Origin: a bacterium | Lineage (GTDB): Bacteria; UBP15; UBA6099; JAJRTR01 | Assembly (NCBI GenBank): GCA_024278215.1 | Contig: JAJRTR010000138.1 | Coordinates: forward strand, 67,747 to 126,741 | Reading direction: 5' to 3' | DNA: 58,995 nt | Shown here: one piece after another, positions 1 to 10,415 of the stretch | Numbering within the stretch: the stretch's first letter is position 1 | Layout of the letters: every line of letters begins with the position of its first letter | Notes under the pieces: generated by a model | Told to the model about the DNA's origin: nothing | The model's database searches: none | The model's input: only the letters and a program-made list of their open reading frames with translations | Program-made: the position numbers and the translations under genes

Positions 1-362
1 TTGCTGTATATATCGGGTCTGTAATTACCCACATTGATTGTATTCCAAAATACAGGTAGTGAAATAAATAAATTGATGTGAATATAAGCTTAGAAACTCA
101 TATTGTATCTTTTATACTGCATGTATGACATGAACAATAATCTATGGTGGACATTGAGGAGAGATTGAGTAGAAGCCATGAATACACCATAAATATACTT
201 ATACAGTTTAACTTAGAACGGAATTGCGAAATTGTAGTTTGAAAGCGTATGGATTTTAATTTATATTTCAGATAAGGGATGAATATGTATTATTCACAAA
301 TAATTTATCAGAAGAAGAGACAATAATATTTTGAACATACAATGATTACCGGAATACAATAC

Positions 363-541
363 GAGCCAGTTGCAAAATTATGTTCGAAGCGAGGTCGAGC
401 GAAATTGGTCGGAAGCAAGGCGGTGGTGCAAAATCCCCGCAGGCGTACTTGTAGAGTACGTCGAGGATGATTTTGTGCCGACAACGCAGCTGTTGACAAT
501 TGCAGCCGACCGTAGCCGAATCAGAATTTTGCAATTGGCTC
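363..541 (+). mobile_element. ~178-bp MITE (family A), full copy
   Basis: Terminal inverted repeats GAGCCAGTTGCAAAATT / AATTTTGCAATTGGCTC; flanked by AATAC on both sides; near-identical copies elsewhere in window. Confidence 0.9.
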
Positions 542-556
542 AATACTAGAACATAC

Positions 557-860
557 TAAATACTAGGGAATGTCACCTATTTATGCTCCTTTTTTGCTTA
601 CCGACTGGCAAGGGACGAAGTCTTCGACCAATCCTCGTTTCGAGTTTACTTACGAAGTTGTCGCTGCACAGCGGCCTGCCTAAGGTATCTACTTCTGTCA
701 TCATCTGCAAAATATATATCCTGACGGTTATTTCCACGTTGTGTAACATGATGTGGGTATCACACTGCTACTATTCTCGCTGTTATCGGCATTTTTATAT
801 TATTCCCTGCCATTAGATCAATAGGTGCCTGTCCATAATTAATCTAATTACTCTAATTAC
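557..860 (-). mobile_element. Mini-RAYT element copy 1 (internally deleted REP-associated tyrosine transposase with REP-like ends)
   Basis: Reverse complement of 10345-10775 (minus the MITE insert); same deletion junction GATACCTTAGGCAGGCCGCTG; ATG at 792; ends GGACAGGCACC and GGTGACATTCCC. Confidence 0.85.
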
Positions 861-936
861 TTTATTGTTCATGATCGTCTCTGCTGTATTCTGTGGTATA
901 ATGCAGTCAGTGTGTTCACTGAAAAGGAGATACTAT

Positions 937-1209
937 ATGGGAAATCTGAAGAAATTGAAAGACCTCGTGCAGGAGACAATAGACAAAGGCGCGACATCGG
1001 TCGAGGAAGTGCACCAGGCGATCGCTGCAATGCCGCTCGACGTGCTCGAAAGTATCGAAGTGCTCGAGGAGCCTGCGAAGAACATCAAGGAAATCCGCAA
1101 GAAAACCATCGGCGGCGTTTATAACATCATCAGGACGATAAACGAAAAAGTGGCCGACATCGCCGATGATATCATCAATAGAGTCGAGAAAGAAGACGAA
1201 GAAGAGTGA
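937..1209 (+). CDS. Hypothetical small acidic helical protein (90 aa)
   Basis: AAGGAG RBS before ATG 937; coding-like composition; no recognised domain. Confidence 0.75.
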   Translation: MGNLKKLKDLVQETIDKGATSVEEVHQAIAAMPLDVLESIEVLEEPAKNIKEIRKKTIGGVYNIIRTINEKVADIADDIINRVEKEDEEE

Positions 1210-1513
1210 TAGATGTGCAGCCGGGTATTTGCGGTAGTATTCGCACGAATGCGAAATAAGTGCCTCTTCGCTATTTTGTGTGGATAGAATAATTATAGTG
1301 TGCCGCAGGTGGAGACTGACAATCTTACAACGACAACTGTAGAGTTTTTCAATAATCCACCGTCCGGCAATCCTTAAAAATTGCCGGGAAACGGTGAGTT
1401 TTGTGGTAAGCTCGGCTCGAAAACTATGAATTTCCCACATGCGCCGAAGTTATTTTATGGTAAATGCAGAGCGTTCAGTCGTTGCGTTCCGGGTCAGAGC
1501 CCCGGAACGATAA

Positions 1514-1588
1514 AAAGAGCGTTTTTGTGCATTTCCGCCGACTTTAACAACAACGGCTGAATTGAAAATGACTAATTACACACGAATC
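1514..1588. repeat. 75-bp dispersed repeat (family E), copy 1
   Basis: AAAGAGCGTTTTTGTGCATTTCC...AATTACACACGAATC recurs at 6324-6398 with few mismatches. Confidence 0.85.
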
Positions 1589-1598
1589 GAAGTTTTTG

Positions 1599-1626
1599 GC
1601 CCGCATTGGTGAAATATGCGGGGTTA
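1599..1626 (+). repeat. Solo right end/hairpin of family B element
   Basis: GCCCGCATTGGTGAAATATGCGGGGTTA (stem CCCGCAT/ATGCGGG); overlaps the GH92 stop codon. Confidence 0.85.
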
Positions 1627-3900
1627 CTCCATCGACGAGCCCCAGCCGGACGGTTCACCTGTCATATCAAATACAAGCTTGCCGCTGTTAACGAGGTCCC
1701 TGTGATAAAAATAAGGCTTTTCGAGCGATTTGCCGTTCAGAGCCGCATTCTTTATATACAGCCGCTTGCCTGAAACATTTTTTGCTTCCACGGTAAATTC
1801 TACATTCGGCGCACTGACTGTCACCTTCCTGAAAATCGGCGAACCGATATAATAGCGGTTTGTCGCGGGGACCGGCATAAATCCCATCGCGCTGAGAACG
1901 AACCACGCGGACAGTGTGCCGCCGTCGTCGTTGCCGTCGAGCCCGGCGGGGTCGTCCGCATATTTCCTGCGCATCACCCATCGCACTTCCTCCTGTGTGC
2001 GGTGCGGCAGTCCGGCCCAGAGGAAGAGATACGGCGCGTAAATGTCCGGTTCGTTGCCGTGCCAGTAATATTTATCGTACATCATCGTGTCGGGTTCTTT
2101 GTGGGATTTCCTGAACATAAAGTCGAGTTTTTCGGCGAATGCTTTCCTGCCGCCCATCAGTTTCATCAGGCCGGGCACATCGTGCGGCACAAACCACAAC
2201 CACTGCCAGGCTGTGCCTTCGGTATAGAAGTCCGCCCATACCTGGTCGTTAAAATGTTTCGGGAAAGTACCGTCGCTGTTGCGCCCGTCGAAGAACCCTG
2301 CCTCGGGATTCCACACGTTTCTGTAGTTCTTCGATCTTTCGTAGAACATTTCGGCATCATCGTATTTGCCGAGTGAGGCGGCGAGTTTCGAGAGTGCGTA
2401 GTCGTCGTAGGCGAATTCGAGCGTTTTGGAAGTCGCTCCGCCGTGTTTGTCGGCAGGCACGTAGCCGAGATCGAGATAATCTTTTATCCCGCCGCGGCCT
2501 CCGAATACCGCGCCCGGCGGTGTCGGACCCAGCGCTGTTTTCATCAGGCCCCTGTATGCAAGCTCGATGTCAAAACCGGTGATCCCTTTCAGATATGAAT
2601 CAGCGATGACAACATCCGCCGACGTACCGATCATGCAACCTGTGTAGTTCGACCCGAGCGGCCATTTGGGGATGTAGCCGCCGTCTTTATACATTGCCAG
2701 GAGCGACATGTTGAAGTCGCGCTGGTAATCCGGCGCGATCAGTGAGATCAGCGGATGCAGCGTGCGGAAAGTGTCCCACATCGAAAAATCCGTATAATAT
2801 CTGAATCCCTCGGCGCGATGCACTTCTTTGTCCATACCCCTGTACCAGCCGCCCGCCTCGGAGTTGAGCGTCGGCATAACGAACGCATGATAGAGAGAAG
2901 TATAGAAGATACGTTTCAGCTTATCCGGGCCACCCTCGACGCGTACTCTCGAAAGTGTCTTCTCCCACTGTGCGCGGGTTCGCGCGTGCAGCGCGTCGAA
3001 ATCCCAGCCCGGCACATCCGCCGCCATATTCATCTTTGCCTGATCGACACTTACAAAAGATATTGCAACCTTTATTTCAACAACCGTACCGCCCGAAAGA
3101 TCGTAAGCCACGACAGCGCCGGCTTCTTTCCCATTCGCCGATGCAGCGCCGGTCATGTATTCTCCGTCCTTCCACGCTCCGCGCAGCTCGAACGGCTTCG
3201 CCGACTGGATAAAAAAATATGTCGTCAGGCCGCCGCCCCTGCTGGAGAACGGGCCGTTGTAGACGAAATAGCCGGAGATCTCGTTTTTTTCCGTGTCAAC
3301 ATTTATTTCCGTCGATACCGGCGTGCCGTCGCCGATAAAATGGCTTGCATTTACAACGAGCAGTGCACTGTCCGTCTCGGGATATGTATATCTGTGATAA
3401 GCGACATAATCGCCCGCCGTAAGCTCGACGCGTATCCCCGTGTCCTCGAGAGTCACCGCGTAATAGCCGGGACTCGCAACTTCTGTTTTGTTTTTGAATT
3501 TCGAACTGTATGCCTGTTCCGTGAACATCCCGGAGGCTTCACCTATCGTGGGCATTACCATGATATTACCGTAGTCGGGCACCCCCGTGCCGTTCATGCG
3601 CGTGTGGCTGAAACCGCGTATCGTGTTGTCCTTATGATAGTAACCCGAACAGTGATTGAAGCCGGGTGCGCGACCGTTTTTCATCGTGTCGGGACCCGGT
3701 TTGACCATCCCGAAAACCGTAGTAGGCCCCGGATAAGTGCTTCCCACCCCGAACCCCGCACCACCTGTGCCGATAAACGGATCCACATAATCGACAAGTT
3801 CAGTGGCGGAAGCGCCGGCGTAAGGCATCACAAAAAACAAAACAAGCGACAACAGGGCCGGAAAAACCGACATGTAACTTCTATTCGTGCTCTTCAGCAT
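1624..3900 (-). CDS. GH92 family alpha-1,2-mannosidase-like glycoside hydrolase, exported
   Basis: N-terminal signal peptide; YVDPFIGTG, PGYYAVTL, FSMWDTFRT, SKTLEFAYDD, HGNEP, GNDDGGTLSAW motifs. Confidence 0.93.
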   Translation of the reverse strand: MLKSTNRSYMSVFPALLSLVLFFVMPYAGASATELVDYVDPFIGTGGAGFGVGSTYPGPTTVFGMVKPGPDTMKNGRAPGFNHCSGYYHKDNTIRGFSHTRMNGTGVPDYGNIMVMPTIGEASGMFTEQAYSSKFKNKTEVASPGYYAVTLEDTGIRVELTAGDYVAYHRYTYPETDSALLVVNASHFIGDGTPVSTEINVDTEKNEISGYFVYNGPFSSRGGGLTTYFFIQSAKPFELRGAWKDGEYMTGAASANGKEAGAVVAYDLSGGTVVEIKVAISFVSVDQAKMNMAADVPGWDFDALHARTRAQWEKTLSRVRVEGGPDKLKRIFYTSLYHAFVMPTLNSEAGGWYRGMDKEVHRAEGFRYYTDFSMWDTFRTLHPLISLIAPDYQRDFNMSLLAMYKDGGYIPKWPLGSNYTGCMIGTSADVVIADSYLKGITGFDIELAYRGLMKTALGPTPPGAVFGGRGGIKDYLDLGYVPADKHGGATSKTLEFAYDDYALSKLAASLGKYDDAEMFYERSKNYRNVWNPEAGFFDGRNSDGTFPKHFNDQVWADFYTEGTAWQWLWFVPHDVPGLMKLMGGRKAFAEKLDFMFRKSHKEPDTMMYDKYYWHGNEPDIYAPYLFLWAGLPHRTQEEVRWVMRRKYADDPAGLDGNDDGGTLSAWFVLSAMGFMPVPATNRYYIGSPIFRKVTVSAPNVEFTVEAKNVSGKRLYIKNAALNGKSLEKPYFYHRDLVNSGKLVFDMTGEPSGWGSSME

Positions 3901-3940
3901 CTTGTCTCTCCCGACACAGTGTTAATGAACATATAAAGAG

Positions 3941-4118
3941 GAGCCAACTGCAAAATTCTGATTCGGCTGCGGTCGGCTGCTATTGTCAACAGCAGCGTTG
4001 TCGGCACAAAATCTTCCTCAACGTACTCTGCAAGTACGCCTGCGGGGATTTTGCACTTCCGCCTTGCTCTGGACAATTTCGCTCGACCTCGCTACGAACA
4101 TAATCTTGCAATTGGCTC
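3941..4118 (-). mobile_element. ~178-bp MITE (family A), full copy
   Basis: TIRs GAGCCAACTGCAAAATT / ATCTTGCAATTGGCTC; flanks AGAG/GGAG. Confidence 0.9.
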
Positions 4119-4149
4119 GGAGGAAACGGCAGATAAGTTGAAGGGGCTG

Positions 4150-4977
4150 TCACCTCGGATTAACAAGTGTCATGCCGCCGGTGATATAAAGTATCTGCCC
4201 TGTGCAGTAACTTGATTGTTCCGATGCGAGGAATGCGACAAGATTGGCGATGTCTTCAGGAAGCGCAATGCGTTTAAGCGGCACATGGCTCTCTTCTTCC
4301 TTTCTTATGTCGTCAATATCCTTACCGAACGCATCCGCCTTAAGCTGCCAGCCCATGCGCTCCATCTCGGTGTCGACTTTGCCGGGACATATCGCATTCA
4401 CACGGATATTGTTGGCGGAAAGTTCGAGCGCCATGACTTCCGTCAGCGCCATGACGCCGGCCTTTGCGGCGCAATATGCGGCCATGAACGGTGCCGGATA
4501 CCTGCCGCGCCATGACGCCGTGTTGATTATACTTCCGCCCCGGTTTTGTTTTGTCATCACTTTTGCGACAGCAGCCGACACGATAAATGTGCCCGTGAGA
4601 TTGACTTCGAGCATCTTTCGCCAGTCGGACGGCGAGATCATATATGAAAGGTTCATTCCGAAAGCCGCACCCGCGTTATTGCATAAGATATGCACTCCGC
4701 CGAGCTCGGATACAACTGTATCCACCATCGTACCGACCTGTTCGGCGTCTGTTATGTCCGCGCAGACAGCAACCGCCTTCCTGCCGAGTTTTTCTATTTC
4801 ACTTTTGAGTTCCAGGAGCCCCTGCCGGTTCTTGTCGTTTTCGTCCCCTGCGCTGCAAAGGTCCGTGACGCCGACATCCGCACCCTCCCGGGCCAGTCGC
4901 AACGCCAGTGCATGACCTATCCCCTTTGAACTGGCGCAACCTGTTACTATCGCTGTTTTACCGCTCAGATCGTACAT
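4150..4977 (-). CDS. Short-chain dehydrogenase/reductase (SDR)
   Basis: TGxxxxxGIG, NNAG, YCAAK catalytic motif, VNAICPG. Confidence 0.93.
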   Translation of the reverse strand: MYDLSGKTAIVTGCASSKGIGHALALRLAREGADVGVTDLCSAGDENDKNRQGLLELKSEIEKLGRKAVAVCADITDAEQVGTMVDTVVSELGGVHILCNNAGAAFGMNLSYMISPSDWRKMLEVNLTGTFIVSAAVAKVMTKQNRGGSIINTASWRGRYPAPFMAAYCAAKAGVMALTEVMALELSANNIRVNAICPGKVDTEMERMGWQLKADAFGKDIDDIRKEEESHVPLKRIALPEDIANLVAFLASEQSSYCTGQILYITGGMTLVNPR

Positions 4978-5046
4978 TTATTTACCGTCCCTATGTATAG
5001 ATGTAGTTGACAATCCACAAAAATAAAAAATCAAAGACAGAAGTCA

Positions 5047-6192
5047 TTACAATCCCATCTGTCTGCCGATGATCTCTTTCATTACCTCTGTCGTGCCTGC
5101 ATATATTGTCTGAACGCGGGCATTCAGGAAATCCTTCGCAATATTGTATTCCATCATATATCCATAGCCGCCGTGCAGTTGGAGCGCCTCGTCGCAAGCG
5201 CGCTTGAGCATCTCCGTCGTCCACCATTTCGCCATGCACGTTTCCGTCAGGACATTTTTCCCGGCGATGTGTTCCACTATGAGCCGGTCTACGAAAGCGC
5301 GGCCGATTTCTACTTCCGTCGCCATCTCGGCAAGCTTGAATCTCGTGTTCTGAAACTTCGACAGCGGTTTGCCGAACAGCACCCTTTCCTTCGTATACTT
5401 CATCGCATCCTTCAGCACCTGTTCGGCTCCGGCCTGCGCGGCGATGGAGCACACAAGACGTTCCTGTTGCAATTTCTGCATGAGATATATAAACCCCATG
5501 CCTTCGTCTCCCAGCAGATTCGCCTTCGGCACGCGGCAGTCCTCGAAAAACAATTCGGCTGTGTCCTGCGCGTGCATACCGATCTTCTCAAGATTGCGTC
5601 CTTTTTCAAAACCCGGCGTGCCTGCTTCGACAACAATAAGGGAAACACCCGTGTGCGGCGGGTCAGCTTTCGTGTCCGTTTTTACAGCGACAACGCATAC
5701 ATCGCACAGGATTCCGTTTGAAATAAATGTTTTCTGGCCGTTGATAATGTAGTCGTCGCCATCCTTAACTGCTGTAGTTTTTATCGACGCGAGATCGGAG
5801 CCTGCGCCGGGCTCAGTCATTGCCACCGCGCTTATCAGTTCGCCTGAAGCGCAGCCGGGCAGCCACTTCTTTTTCTGCTCTTCGTTGCCGAAGCTGAATA
5901 TATAAGGAACCACTACATCGCTGTGCAGCCCCATCATAAAACCGGAGTTCCTCGCGTAGACACATTCCTCGTTGATGATGGTCGAATAAAGAAAGTCTAC
6001 TCCCGAGCCGCCGTATTCCTCAGGCAGCCACGGGCACAGGAAACCCATCTCGCCCGCTTTTTGGTAGAGTTCCCTCGGGCATATTCCATCCTTTTCCCAC
6101 TGCTCATGAAACGGCACCACTTCTTTCTCGAGAAACTTCCTCACTGCATCCCTGAAAATATTATGCTCTTCCTGAAATAGAGTTCTATCCAT
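5047..6192 (-). CDS. Acyl-CoA dehydrogenase (long-chain type)
   Basis: [39 protein letters not shown]. Confidence 0.95.
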   Translation of the reverse strand: MDRTLFQEEHNIFRDAVRKFLEKEVVPFHEQWEKDGICPRELYQKAGEMGFLCPWLPEEYGGSGVDFLYSTIINEECVYARNSGFMMGLHSDVVVPYIFSFGNEEQKKKWLPGCASGELISAVAMTEPGAGSDLASIKTTAVKDGDDYIINGQKTFISNGILCDVCVVAVKTDTKADPPHTGVSLIVVEAGTPGFEKGRNLEKIGMHAQDTAELFFEDCRVPKANLLGDEGMGFIYLMQKLQQERLVCSIAAQAGAEQVLKDAMKYTKERVLFGKPLSKFQNTRFKLAEMATEVEIGRAFVDRLIVEHIAGKNVLTETCMAKWWTTEMLKRACDEALQLHGGYGYMMEYNIAKDFLNARVQTIYAGTTEVMKEIIGRQMGL

Positions 6193-6241
6193 CGGTCACG
6201 ATACCTCCGGTTTCGATTTTGATAGTGCAAATATTGTGTTT

Positions 6242-6270
6242 ATTATACATCAACTTTGATTTGTGTGTAA
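6242..6270 (-). promoter_or_regulatory. Putative sigma70 promoter of acyl-CoA dehydrogenase operon
   Basis: Minus strand TTACAC-17 bp-TATAAT about 50 bp upstream of ATG; palindrome ATCAACTTTGAT within the spacer. Confidence 0.45.
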
Positions 6271-6323
6271 AAAGTCACGGATGACATTTGTCAACAGACA
6301 ATAAACAACAATAGCGAACTCGC

Positions 6324-6398
6324 AAAGAGCGTTTTTGTGCATTTCCACCGACTTTAACAACAACGGCTGTATTAAAAATGACTAATTACACACGAATC
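6324..6398. repeat. 75-bp dispersed repeat (family E), copy 2
   Basis: Direct repeat of 1514-1588. Confidence 0.85.
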
Positions 6399-6632
6399 AA
6401 CTTTAGAGTCGACTTTCAGAAAAGATACCAGAAACGCACCGCCGTGTCCATCGGGCACAAGAAGTTTGTGCATTGCACATGTATTCGATTCCTTATCGTC
6501 TCCGCATTTCCTGTTTCATCGGAAATGACGGGAAATCCTGCTCCACGGATTTCATCCCGGCGCGAAAATCAAAATTATGTTTCCACTTTATATTGTCGTT
6601 CATACGACCATTGTAATATATTTAACATGTGC

Positions 6633-6810
6633 GAGCCAATTGCAAAAATCTGATTCGGCTGCGGTCGGCTGCTATTGTCCATAGCTGCGTTGTCGGTGCG
6701 AAATCATCCTCGACGTACTCTACAAGTACGCCTGCGAGGATTTTACACCTCTGCTTTGCCCTGAACAATTTCGCTCGACCTCGCTACGAACATAATTTTG
6801 CAATTGGCTC
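6633..6810 (-). mobile_element. ~178-bp MITE (family A), full copy
   Basis: TIRs; perfect 4-bp target duplication GTGC. Confidence 0.92.
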
Positions 6811-6957
6811 GTGCGTTTTACAGAATTTCGGTTATTTCTGAAAAACGCACAGGATGCTGTGTCCGGTTATACCCATCCCTATCCGTGGGGATTGTAAAGA
6901 TGTTGCTATGACTGAAGTCTTACGAATGCAAACAAACCAAAACCGCAGAAAGACAGG

Positions 6958-8547
6958 ATGGCCACCATGACAGGTAGTCGCGAAACGTCACGAACAACCT
7001 GGCTCGCCGTCTCCACCGTCAGCGCCCTCGCGTTCGCAATACGATGGTTTCGAGCGGACGAGGCTTTCGGCGGTTTCCACTCATTCAACGAGGCATGGTA
7101 TTCCACAGTAGCACGCAACTACGATTCAATCAGTTCCCTGTTCTTTCCCATCTCTCCTTACGGCAAAATCGACTTCAATGTCAGTCCGTTCTTTTCGTGG
7201 CTGTTGTTCGCCGCCGGGAGCGTTTCAGGTTTCGATGAATCCACGCTCAGATTCGTTCCGATTATTTTCAGCGTGTTGACCATTCCTGTCATTTATGTAA
7301 TCGGTCGGCGTTTTTTCGGTGTGGCAGGCGGCTTTTGCGCGGCGGCTTTTTATGCCTTCGCGCCTGTCAGCGTCATGGTCGGCCGCAACGTGCAGACCGA
7401 CGCGGTATACATTTTCTTTATGCTGCTGTCCCTGGTGTTTTACCTGCGCTACAGAGATGACGACCTCGGCATATCCAATATGGCGATATCCGGGTTCCTG
7501 TTCGGAATCGGGTTCCTCACAAAGCAGTTCGCGGCGATTATCCTGCCTGCAATCGTCGTGTGGGAAATATTTCGCGAGCGCGGCATCAAGTGGTTCGGGT
7601 GGGGACACCTCCTTTTCGGATTGTGCGCATTGTGCGCGGCGGGTCCGTATTTCATCTACCATATCGTCAACGACCTTGGTGCCATGGCCGGTTCGCAGTC
7701 TTCCCTTTCGGCAAGCCAGTTTGTTCCTTTGTCGATAGCCTCCGTGATCTACCTGCTCCCTGAATACTTCTGGGGATTATCTCCATTCCTTGCAGTCCTT
7801 TCCGCAATTGCGTTTGTCTATTATATTATCAAGAGAAATGCAGGCGGGCGGCTCGCGCTTGCTGCTACGATCTTTTTCAACTGGTTCTTTCTCCACTGGC
7901 ATGGGCACAGCTACTATCTGCTTTTTGCCGCACCCTTCCTGTGCCTTATGGCGGGCGGGATGATCGGATCAATAAAAAATAAAACAATCGTGGCGGCACT
8001 CGCATCCGTTATCTGTGCACTTTCGCTCATACAGGCTGTCGCGATGCTGTGCGAAGTCAAGTATGGATTCAGCGAGTTCCCGGCAGTTGCAGAAGTTGTC
8101 TCCGAGGGCGCGCGCGACCCGCTGTTGATCGCCGCCGACGGTGTCGCGGGCAGCTACTATCCGGTTTTGAAATATTATGCCCCTGAAATACAACTGATAA
8201 CCGAAAAAGATATAGTGAATACAGACAGGGACAGTTTCGCGCCGCAAGAGGGAGTCAGTCCTTATATTGTCGGATTCGTGCCGGACGACGTTAAGAGATT
8301 CCCGCCGCTGCAATTGATTGTAAAAAGAAAAGAATTCGGACTGTTCATATTCGGATACCGGGTGCGCACAATAATGATGGACGAACATTTTTTTATGATA
8401 GAAGATATAAAAATAAAAAAGAATGCAGACCCGCTCGCTTTCGGAGTCTATGGCACCGGATATGTACCGAGCCTCACCCTTGGCGTGATTCCGCCTGGCG
8501 GCACAGTGCCGATAAAAGACGGGCGGATCGACTTCAGAAGGCAATAA
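6958..8547 (+). CDS. GT-C fold membrane glycosyltransferase (ArnT/PMT, GT39/GT83-like)
   Basis: Many TM segments, NEAWY loop motif, xLRFVPxxF, GFLTKQ, C-terminal extracytoplasmic domain. Confidence 0.85.
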   Translation: MATMTGSRETSRTTWLAVSTVSALAFAIRWFRADEAFGGFHSFNEAWYSTVARNYDSISSLFFPISPYGKIDFNVSPFFSWLLFAAGSVSGFDESTLRFVPIIFSVLTIPVIYVIGRRFFGVAGGFCAAAFYAFAPVSVMVGRNVQTDAVYIFFMLLSLVFYLRYRDDDLGISNMAISGFLFGIGFLTKQFAAIILPAIVVWEIFRERGIKWFGWGHLLFGLCALCAAGPYFIYHIVNDLGAMAGSQSSLSASQFVPLSIASVIYLLPEYFWGLSPFLAVLSAIAFVYYIIKRNAGGRLALAATIFFNWFFLHWHGHSYYLLFAAPFLCLMAGGMIGSIKNKTIVAALASVICALSLIQAVAMLCEVKYGFSEFPAVAEVVSEGARDPLLIAADGVAGSYYPVLKYYAPEIQLITEKDIVNTDRDSFAPQEGVSPYIVGFVPDDVKRFPPLQLIVKRKEFGLFIFGYRVRTIMMDEHFFMIEDIKIKKNADPLAFGVYGTGYVPSLTLGVIPPGGTVPIKDGRIDFRRQ

Positions 8548-8572
8548 CCCGCATATTTCACCAATGCGGGCC
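8545..8572 (-). repeat. Solo right end/hairpin of family B element
   Basis: TAACCCGCATATTTCACCAATGCGGGCC beginning at the glycosyltransferase TAA stop. Confidence 0.85.
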
Positions 8573-9388
8573 GAAAATTATTCCATGAATTTTCCATATA
8601 CATCTTATTACCGCTTCATCTCTACTCTTTATATTTCTATCTCGTTTTTTCCCCTCAATAAGTCCAAATAACATCGGTGTATATCTAATATCAATTGGAT
8701 ATAAATTCTAAATAACCGGAAGATACACAATGGTTTCTATCCTCGATTATCGTGTATATTTCTTAGTGATATTCATAATAACACATTATTTTTGAATTAA
8801 CAATCATGATATATTAAGATAGATAGTTCATATCTTACATATTATATTTTATAACCTGTATTATGTCTATAATAAACGAAAATTTCATTTGAGGGCATAC
8901 TAAACCCACAATATAATCATACAATAATATTATGGGTTTTGAAGTAAATGCTAAATATAGTTGTACAGAATAGTATCGAATCCAAGTGCAAACTGCTCAT
9001 ATACGAAAATATCGCAAAATGTCCATATTTATTTATGTAATGTATATATATTATATCTTAATTATAATCATATAACATAATATTTGTGATATATTCGGCT
9101 ATGCAATTACCGCAACGCTATTGCTGTCGCTAAGAGGACAAAGATGTTTTTGAGGTCAAAAAAGAACTATCACTTATATCATATATATATAACATAATCC
9201 AATTATCAACTGATTGCAAAAGACATGTTGTTTTGTATTTACATAATCTAATTATCAAGTAGTTCACGATTATCATTTTTTGTGAACAAAGGGTGTATTG
9301 ATTGTTTTGATAAATAGGTATATTATATTCTGAATTATTCGTTTGCAATCGGCTTAATAACAAATAATCTTCAGGAGTGTAAAGTACG

Positions 9389-10111
9389 ATGAAAGAGAAG
9401 TCCGTATTAGTTATTGCAGCTCACCCTGATGACGCTGATTTCTATTGTGGTGGAACCCTGGTAAAATGGATACAAGAGGGCGCAAAGGTAAATTATGTAA
9501 TATGTACTGACGGGGCATTTGGGAGTGAAGACGGCAGCATTACTACGGAAGAGCTTGTCGAATTGCGTAGACGCGAGCAGAAAGCTGCAAATCAGATAAT
9601 AGGTGTCCGATCAACTGTATTTCTTAATTATCCCGATATGGGACTTGTTGGCGGAGAAACTCTTAGAAAAGAGTTGGCAAGAGAGATAAGAAGGTTCAAA
9701 CCACAGATCATTATGTCTTTTGATCCGTGGCTGAAATATGAATTGCATCCCGATCATACTGTATCAGGCATTGAGACAATTTACGCACGGCTTGCAGCAA
9801 AAATGCCTTTAAAATATAAGGATCTTGAGGATGAGGGATATTCGGCCTGGCAGGGTGTGGATGAATTTTACCTGTTTAAAACTGACCATCCCGATACCTG
9901 GATAGAAACCGAAGACTATCTGAGAGCAAAAATCGAAGCATTGAAATGCCACAAATCCCAATTCGGTCATATTATTCAAGATGAAAGTCAAGCTGAATAT
10001 CTGTTAAGGGAGTTGTCACACAAACACCCGGAAACGGGAAAAGTTGCGGAATGCTTCAAAGTTATTAAACTTGATGGCATTGAGGGTTTAAAGAGCTATA
10101 TAAAGTTTTAG
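9389..10111 (+). CDS. PIG-L/LmbE family deacetylase
   Basis: AHPDD, RRREQ, HPDH, HKSQ motifs; AGGAG RBS. Confidence 0.92.
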   Translation: MKEKSVLVIAAHPDDADFYCGGTLVKWIQEGAKVNYVICTDGAFGSEDGSITTEELVELRRREQKAANQIIGVRSTVFLNYPDMGLVGGETLRKELAREIRRFKPQIIMSFDPWLKYELHPDHTVSGIETIYARLAAKMPLKYKDLEDEGYSAWQGVDEFYLFKTDHPDTWIETEDYLRAKIEALKCHKSQFGHIIQDESQAEYLLRELSHKHPETGKVAECFKVIKLDGIEGLKSYIKF

Positions 10112-10203
10112 TTTCAATTTTTCCAACTTGTTTTCAGTTATTTCCACTAACACCATATTTCGTAACACTTTAGACATCTGAAGCAAAGTCATGGAATTCC
10201 GCG

Positions 10204-10324
10204 GGGTGTGTGACATAAAAGTGGGTTAAAAACAACCATATTTTTAATGTGCGAAAAACAGGGACTGATAACGCTGTGTCTTGCGGTACCTGTCCCGCTT
10301 TTCGTAATGTTGTGTCGCACACCC
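10204..10324. mobile_element. 121-bp MITE (family F)
   Basis: Imperfect TIR GGGTGTGTGACATA / TGTGTCGCACACCC; flanked by AATTCCGCG / AATTCCGGG (8/9 match, probable 9-bp TSD). Confidence 0.65.
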
Positions 10325-10415
10325 AATTCCGGGGACATGACTGATAATTAGGATAATTGATAATTAGGGACAGGCACCTATTGATCTAATGGCAGGGGTA
10401 AGGGATAATATAAAC

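Noticed and set aside
1-360. Gene in the AT-rich window start
   Set aside because: Frames I checked are interrupted by stops and show no recognisable motif.
363-541. Family A repeats as integron attC sites
   Set aside because: No GTTRRRY/RYYYAAC cores, no integrase, not flanking a cassette array; TIR plus TSD fits a MITE.
308-543. Short ORFs over family A copies (also 3894, 6629, 17366, 17514, 22860, 39084, 39196, 49462, 53124)
   Set aside because: Translations of the repeat itself, with variable starts and ends and no RBS.
1485-1509. Hairpin CGTTCCGGG/CCCGGAACG as an intrinsic terminator
   Set aside because: Good 9-bp stem but no U-tract downstream on either strand.
2755-3936. Long antisense ORFs (393 aa here; also 53770-54762, 35002-35805, 46398-47180 and others)
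   Set aside because: Shadows of well-supported genes on the opposite strand in GC-rich coding DNA; no motifs.
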